Of a DNA stretch of 64,000 nucleotides, positions 57,907 through 64,000 are shown one piece after another. The notes under the pieces are model-generated. The model was not told the origin of the DNA. It searched no databases and worked only from the letters and a program-made list of their open reading frames with translations. Each line of letters starts with the position of its first letter. Position 1 is the first letter of the stretch. The position numbers were made by a program, and so were the translations under genes. The DNA comes from Histomonas meleagridis 2922-C6/04-290x (taxonomy: Eukaryota; Protista; Parabasalia), in the NCBI GenBank assembly GCA_020184695.1, contig JAANOX010000243.1, positions 620,001 through 684,000 on the forward strand. Reading direction: 5' to 3'.

Positions 57907-58416
57907 TTATAAAAGTAATATCAAAGTTACCCAAGCTGTTAAACTCAGATCGATGCCACATCCATGTGCAGCTTTTACTGATTTATGACAATTTGGATTT
58001 GATGAGTTCTTACAAAAATCGTCATTCCCTATGAGAACTAGTTTAACCCCAACTACTAATTGAGGAATTTCCAAAATAATCATAGAATAAAAGTAAATTC
58101 GGTTCAAAAACAAATTGTGCCTGCTGTATGAAAAAAAAATATAGAATGTAAATACTACTGCATACAATAACGTAAATGGTATGAGATATGTTTCAGTTAC
58201 GATTAATTTATATAAATTATCAGCAACAGATTTCATATCATTTGTTTTGATCACAACAAGACAATGTACAAAAGGAATCAACTCAAGAAGAAGAACAAGG
58301 TCATAAATAATTACCTCCAGATAAGTAATATTCGCTAGGGTCATTAGGTGAAAGAACTTGAAAAGCTTTCTAATAAACGTTTGTTGTGCATTCTTTAACG
58401 GTCTTTGATTTATCAT
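57907..58416 (-). CDS. Small multi-pass membrane protein
   Basis: Several hydrophobic helices; Cys pair C-x6-C; family not recognised. Confidence 0.45.
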   Translation of the reverse strand: MINQRPLKNAQQTFIRKLFKFFHLMTLANITYLEVIIYDLVLLLELIPFVHCLVVIKTNDMKSVADNLYKLIVTETYLIPFTLLYAVVFTFYIFFSYSRHNLFLNRIYFYSMIILEIPQLVVGVKLVLIGNDDFCKNSSNPNCHKSVKAAHGCGIDLSLTAWVTLILLL

Positions 58417-58482
58417 CAATCTAAAAAGATCTTATTGAGAAGACAGGATACCAAATTTCTACTTTTTTGTTTACTTTTAAAT

Positions 58483-61096
58483 TTATTTTTCTAATAATTT
58501 AGCTATTTCAGCAAAATTATTTTCTTTTGCAAGTGAAAGCGCTGTTTTAATCAATTTTAATAAACTTTAAGCATGAAATTTGAATATAAAATTACCAAAG
58601 TAAACACCGAACACATGCAAATAACATTGATTTTATTTATATCAATTCCTTTTTTCTCAAGGAGCATTTTAACTATTTCAACATGACCACTTCTTGAAGC
58701 AAACATGAGTGCAGTAAAAAATATATTTAAGAAGCACCTTTTATTATATTTAAACTGATAATTATTAAAATAAACGTTAAATCAAAAAAATGAAATATTT
58801 GTTGCATTTATATCTATGTTTTTATTTGAAAGAAGTAGCTGAGCAACATCAGTATTACCTTTATCAGATGCATACATAAGAGCACTATAATGAAATTTGA
58901 TTAAATACCAAATATATTTAATCAACAGCAAGAAAAAAGATGAAACACTAATTAATACAAAGAAAATCCGATTCCATTCATATTAATATCTTTTTCTTCA
59001 AGTAATATTTTTAATGTATCAATTCTATTCTTTTGGCACGCAAATATTAATGGTGTATCAAATAAAATTAATAAATTCCCAAAAACAGAAAAGAAACCTA
59101 AAATAGTTAAAACAAATGAAAATAAAATCGTCAAACAGTTGAAGTATTAATATCAATTTCTTTATGATTAAGTAACAGTTTTACAACATCTGGAGAACTA
59201 AATTTAGTTGCATAAGAAAGTGCTGCAAGAAATTGTATAAAAAGATTCCACTTGAAATATTTTAAACAAAAATCATAAAAATAAATACAAAATTAATTCA
59301 TAAAATATCTTTAGCATTGATTTTAATATCTTTTCTTTCTATAAGTAATTTTACAATTTCAACAGTTTTATCAGTGAAATTCTGACATGCAACCATTAAA
59401 GCAGTTTGAAATTATTTGTTTAAACACCATAATTTTGGTTGAATCACATAAAAAAGGAAAAGACCTTTCAATATAATAAATAAACATTTTTCAAATTAAT
59501 ATTAATTTCTTTTCTTGTTAAAAGTAATTCAACTATTTTGTTGTTATCTTTTTTACATGCTTTTATAAGAGCTGTATCCTAATAATTTAATAAAATCCAA
59601 AAACTAAAAACGAATTTATATTGAATAAAATCATCATTACTACATTTAGAATTTACATCTATTCCAGTTCTATTTAAAAGAGTTTCAACTACTTCAGTTT
59701 GTGATCCAAAACAAGCTGCTATTAAAGCAGTCCCAAAGAAATTAAAAAAATATCATAAAAAGATAAAAAGAAACTTTATAAAAATCAAATTAAAATCCTG
59801 CTGCATGAACATCAATTCCTTCTTGATCAAGAAGAAGATTAACAATATCAACGTCTCCTAATTTACATGCAATGATAAATGGCGTATTAAAATATTTGAG
59901 TAAATTTTAAAATAGATATTTATATATCAAACAATCAAATTAAAAAACTTTTAATAAAACAAAAAAACTTTTTTTATATTGATATCAATTCCACTTAAAT
60001 TGATTACGTATTTAACAATTTCGATGTTTTGTGATTTAATAGCTTGGAAAAGGATATCTTTCGGAACTTTTGCTTGGAAATGTTCTAAAATGTGTATATT
60101 TCCATATTTTATAGCTTTACCATATAATTGTTCATTTGATCTCATTTTTTTCTCTTCTAGAAAAGAAAGAATTTCGAAATTACTGTATTTAAGACATTTT
60201 TCTCCTAATTCTGAATTTTTTGGAATTTTTAAAATTTTGTTATCATAAAAATATTTAAAGATATCATTTCGATGAAATTGAATTGCTGTTTCAAATGCAC
60301 CTTCAAATGATGAATGATTTTGTTCACATAAATGAATAATTTCAGTGCTTCCGCCAGCAATTGCATATTTACCTGTATTATTAATATTTGCACCATTCAT
60401 ATGTAAATATTTAAAACATTTAACTGCTGAAAAAAATGCTGCATAATCAATTAACGAGATATCCCATTTGATAATAAATGAATATCTTTCATAGTGTGAT
60501 AGTTTGATTGTTTGGTTAAAATTAAAATCATTTTGTGATGACATTTCTTGAAGTTTTTCTATATCATCATTTCGAATAATATTTAAAACTTCATTTGGAT
60601 TAACTCCTTCTTCAATTAATTGTTCATGAAGCTCAATATTCGAAGAATTTGAACACAAATAGTAATGAAGAGAATGATATGTTTTTTCTTGAAAATATTC
60701 GATACGTTGTTTAACATCATTGTCTACACTTTTAAAAAGTTCATTCATATTTTTAAATATATGATACATGAAAAAAATACTAAATGATTGAAAAGCACAA
60801 ACACATTTTGTGAATATATTAATAATTTTATATTCATTTTTGGATTCTTCATCTTTCTTTTCGAGTAATTCTAGTAACTTTAGATAAATGCTTGTATTGC
60901 TAGCTTGTGAGAGAATTGCTGAACATATTATCTTACAAACAGTCATGTAAAAAGAATAAGGATACGTGGAATCAAATAGATTCATTATTATCTGAACTGA
61001 GCTCTCTAGGTTTTCCTCATTCAAACCGAATATAACACTTTCAATCTTAAGTGGGGAATCTGACCAGTTTGCAGAATTCGTCTTTGAGCTCGGCAT
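58483..61096 (-). CDS. DUF3447 + ankyrin-repeat protein whose nine repeat junctions carry non-canonical inserts
   Basis: Exon 1 has the DUF3447 motif (YAAFFSAVKCFKYL..GGSTEIIHLCEQ..AIQFHRNDIFKY). Ankyrin exons start at Thr/Ala/Ser codons 59885, 59731, 59575, 59405, 59226, 59056, 58886, 58715, 58545. The last reads TALSLAKENNFAEIAKLLEK* with stop at 58485-58483. Confidence 0.85.
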
Positions 61097-61351
61097 GTGA
61101 AATGTTTTTGTTTTTTTAAGAATTTTCACAATCACTTTTAAGTAAACTATTAAAATACATTTTGAGAACTTTATTTTTGGAGAAATATCATTTAATTGAC
61201 AGATTGGAGTTATTATATCATTTAAATAAATGATATTCCAACAAAAAAGAATTGATATTACTAATAAAAATATTTGTCATTAATTTGATATAAAATTATA
61301 GCAACTTAAAATTTTGAATCAATCATTTCATCTTCAATAAGATGATATTAT

Positions 61352-61371
61352 CACACACACACACACACACA
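61352..61371. repeat. (CA)n microsatellite
   Basis: CACACA... about 10 units, just downstream of the NMNAT stop. Confidence 0.9.
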
Positions 61372-61389
61372 AAAAGTATTTTTTCTTTT

Positions 61390-62019
61390 TTAGATTTCAC
61401 TGTACAAATCATTTTCTTTGATGTATTTTTCAACAGCAGGTACAACCAGGCCACTTATTGACTTTTTATGACTTAAAAGGTTCCTCACGTATGTTGATGA
61501 AACAGCTTCCATTGGATTATCTTTGATTAGATAAACATTTTGCATGTGACCATTTAATACAGGAACTTGCTTAATAATTGAATCAAGTGTGTCAATTCTA
61601 GAAATGATACAAACACCAAAGTTATCAAGAATTTCATGAACATCGTCTGGATTCCATATTGGATTGTTCCATCTTAAAATTAAATCTGCTCCACATACCA
61701 TGAACACTTTTGAATCAGGAAATCTTTCTTTTAGATTGTTTAATGTAATAATTGTTTTGGTCCATTCGGCATTGGAAATTTCAAAATCATTTACAGAAAT
61801 CCAATCACTACCTTCAACACATTTCTCGCATAATTCTTTTCTTATAGGTGAACCCAAAAGTCCTTGTTTTTCATAATTTCCATGTGTTGGTGTCAAAAAT
61901 CCATGAAATTCAGTAAAACCTTCTTCTTCCAATCTATTGCGTGCCAATGAAAGAAGGTTAAGATGTGCAACAGTTGGAGGATTAAAACTGCCTCCAAGGT
62001 TTAAAATACACTTCTTCAT
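61390..62019 (-). CDS. NMNAT: Nicotinamide/nicotinate mononucleotide adenylyltransferase
   Basis: GGSFNPPTVAHL, W.KTIITL, CGADL, VSSTYVR motifs; ATG at MKKC. Confidence 0.92.
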   Translation of the reverse strand: MKKCILNLGGSFNPPTVAHLNLLSLARNRLEEEGFTEFHGFLTPTHGNYEKQGLLGSPIRKELCEKCVEGSDWISVNDFEISNAEWTKTIITLNNLKERFPDSKVFMVCGADLILRWNNPIWNPDDVHEILDNFGVCIISRIDTLDSIIKQVPVLNGHMQNVYLIKDNPMEAVSSTYVRNLLSHKKSISGLVVPAVEKYIKENDLYSEI

Positions 62020-62059
62020 TAAAAATGATTTGTCAGACAAAAAAAAATCAAAAAACGAA

Positions 62060-62131
62060 TTCTCCCGGGAGGAATCGAACCTCCGTCCCGGGATTCAAAG
62101 TCCCATGTGCTAACCATTACACTACGGGAGA
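62060..62131 (-). tRNA. tRNA-Gln (anticodon TTG)
   Basis: 72 nt; acceptor stem TCTCCCG/CGGGAGA, D arm TAGTGTAATGGTTAGCAC, anticodon loop CTTTGAA, GTTCGATTC T-loop, downstream T-run terminator. Confidence 0.95.
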
Positions 62132-62212
62132 GAATTCGAGAAACTCAATATATTTAAAAATTTGATATTATATTTATTGTCTCGATAGACGTTTAAATAT
62201 TGTTAAATTAAA

Positions 62213-64000
62213 ATGGAATTTAATCAAATTTGGAAAACTCAACTTAATAATATAACAATAAATCCAGATGTATATTCTATTTGTTTCAAACGTGATGGAA
62301 GTCAAATTATTGCAGCTTGTGCGAATGATCTATATTTTTTAGATCCAAAAACAGGAAATATTATTGACCAACGACGATCTCATCAAGCAACTATTTACTG
62401 TGTTAGATGCTCATATGATGGATCTTTTTTTGCATCTTCAAGTTCAGATGGGACAGTTGTTATTTGGCGCTCTTTAAACAATGAATCTTTTGCAACTCAT
62501 GGCTCCAACGGTGCAACTAAAAATCTTGCTTGGTGCCCTACTAAGCCACTATTAATTTCATCCTCTTCCAAGGAATACAACATCTGGAATCCTGATGATC
62601 CACGTACCACACTAATTAAAACCAAGGAACACATTCAATCTATTACATTTTTGCCAAGTGGTGAATCCTTTATCATTTCTTATCAAAATGGTGTTATCAA
62701 TGTTGTTTCATTAGAAAAACAAGAAATTTTACAAACATTTACATACTCCACAATTGTTACCAATGTTTATTCTACACTAATAAATGACAATGAAATCATA
62801 TTAACATCTGATTTAGATTGTCGTATTTCAATGTATCGATCCACTGATCAAGCATTAATTGGTAAGAATTCACTTTCCTTTGAGTCTTTATGTTCTATAT
62901 TCATCAAAGGCGAATCGAATTATTTTGGATTTTCAGGCGTTTCTGGTAAATTTACACTTTTCACGTCAACGTTATCATATCTTTGTGATTTCCAAATTGA
63001 TTCTGATTGGGTTTGGGATATGGATGTTGATCATAATGGATGTGTTGCTATTGCCACACGTGAAGGTTTTGTTGAACTACGAAACATTAATTTTCTTCTT
63101 GGGTTTTCTAATTATGACAAATATGTCTCATATAAAACGAGTATTAACTCAATGATTTTTGATAACATTGAAACAGAAGAAAAAGAAAATTTAACATTTA
63201 ATAAGGTCATTTTATCATTATCAATGTCATCACAATATTTATTAATACATTTTAAAGATTCATTAAATGTTTATAAATATATTAATACGGAAGATAATAA
63301 AATCATGAAAATATCTGAAGTTGGTGGAACATTTGAGAATTCATTAATATGTTTAACGAATGAATATATAATATATTCGATTAATTCACAAATGAATGTA
63401 ATAAATTTAAATGGAAATTTTGTTTGTCAATTTGAGTTTAATAATAAAATAAATTATTTAACAAACGTAACATCAATTAATGATTGTGTTTTAGTCTCAT
63501 GTGAAGATGGATGTATTTATTTCTCAATCATTAATCAAGATGAACCAATTCTTTTATATCAACATGAATTTCCTATTAAGTTTACATCGAAACAAGAATT
63601 ATTAATTTCATTAATTGATGATCATAATAAATGTATAGTATTAAATAGTTTTACTAAGGAAATAATTAAAGAAATGGAAAACATTTATAGTTTCGCTTTT
63701 TCTGATAGAGTTAATGAGTTATATGTAACAAGTAATAAAAATACGATTTCAATACATTATAAAAATTATAAACCAAAAGAAATATTTGTCGAAGGTACAA
63801 TTCTTACATTAATAAAAAATAAAATTGTTCTTTCGAATAAAGGATCAATTGAAATAATCGAAATCGAATTACCTTTAGAAGAAATTATCCAAAATAAAGA
63901 TTGGAATAGTATTAATGATTTAATTATGATTAATCCTTCTAATAAACAATGGGATTATATTACTAAAGAATCATTAAAACAAAAGAATTTCGAAATCGCC
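62213..64000 (+). CDS. IFT122: Intraflagellar transport protein IFT122 (WD40), 3'-truncated by the window end; absent from the ORF track
   Basis: VYSICFKRDGSQIIAA...HQATIYCVRCSYDGSFFASSSSDGTVVIW; still in frame at the end (QWDYITKESLKQKNFEIA, cf. IFT122 DWRELAMEALEGLDFETA). Confidence 0.8.
   Translation, partial: MEFNQIWKTQLNNITINPDVYSICFKRDGSQIIAACANDLYFLDPKTGNIIDQRRSHQATIYCVRCSYDGSFFASSSSDGTVVIWRSLNNESFATHGSNGATKNLAWCPTKPLLISSSSKEYNIWNPDDPRTTLIKTKEHIQSITFLPSGESFIISYQNGVINVVSLEKQEILQTFTYSTIVTNVYSTLINDNEIILTSDLDCRISMYRSTDQALIGKNSLSFESLCSIFIKGESNYFGFSGVSGKFTLFTSTLSYLCDFQIDSDWVWDMDVDHNGCVAIATREGFVELRNINFLLGFSNYDKYVSYKTSINSMIFDNIETEEKENLTFNKVILSLSMSSQYLLIHFKDSLNVYKYINTEDNKIMKISEVGGTFENSLICLTNEYIIYSINSQMNVINLNGNFVCQFEFNNKINYLTNVTSINDCVLVSCEDGCIYFSIINQDEPILLYQHEFPIKFTSKQELLISLIDDHNKCIVLNSFTKEIIKEMENIYSFAFSDRVNELYVTSNKNTISIHYKNYKPKEIFVEGTILTLIKNKIVLSNKGSIEIIEIELPLEEIIQNKDWNSINDLIMINPSNKQWDYITKESLKQKNFEIA

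Noticed and set aside
59057-59136. Canonical GT...AG intron inside ankyrin junction 6 (GTTTGA...TTAACTATTTTAG)
   Set aside because: Donor is phase 0 and acceptor phase 1; joining them gives a stop. The GT/AG pair in junction 3 (59576-59641) also fails on phase.

Overview
Gene-dense, very AT-rich eukaryotic DNA that looks parabasalid (Tritrichomonas/Histomonas-like): Inr-type TCAYT motifs just before ATGs, BspA-like LRR, M60-like and subtilisin surface proteins, DUF3447-ankyrin genes and a 23-nt GT-AG intron. About 35 protein genes (TAF1, Tudor-SN, PRP4, SAP18, epsin, RPL24, histone H4, ARL3, IFT122, NMNAT, PepD, two TBC GAPs, two kinases, a probable ROD/KNTC1 and others) plus one tRNA-Gln(UUG). 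The standout is the minus-strand DUF3447-ankyrin gene at 58483-61096. Each of its nine ankyrin repeat junctions is interrupted at the same position by a 64-83 nt (mostly 80 nt) T-rich insert with no GT-AG ends. The inserts parse as (17-nt spacer + 1 codon) units, and those single codons spell the missing x-x-G-x beta-hairpin residues, with a Gly codon at the expected place in 6 of 9 junctions. An orphan two-repeat ankyrin cassette at 54144-54543 has the same 17+3 architecture, with a near-invariant spacer and a variable codon. This suggests an undescribed micro-exon/non-canonical micro-intron (or bypassing) system acting on ankyrin binding loops; how it is decoded cannot be determined from DNA alone. 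Gene names come from recalled motifs, not database searches.
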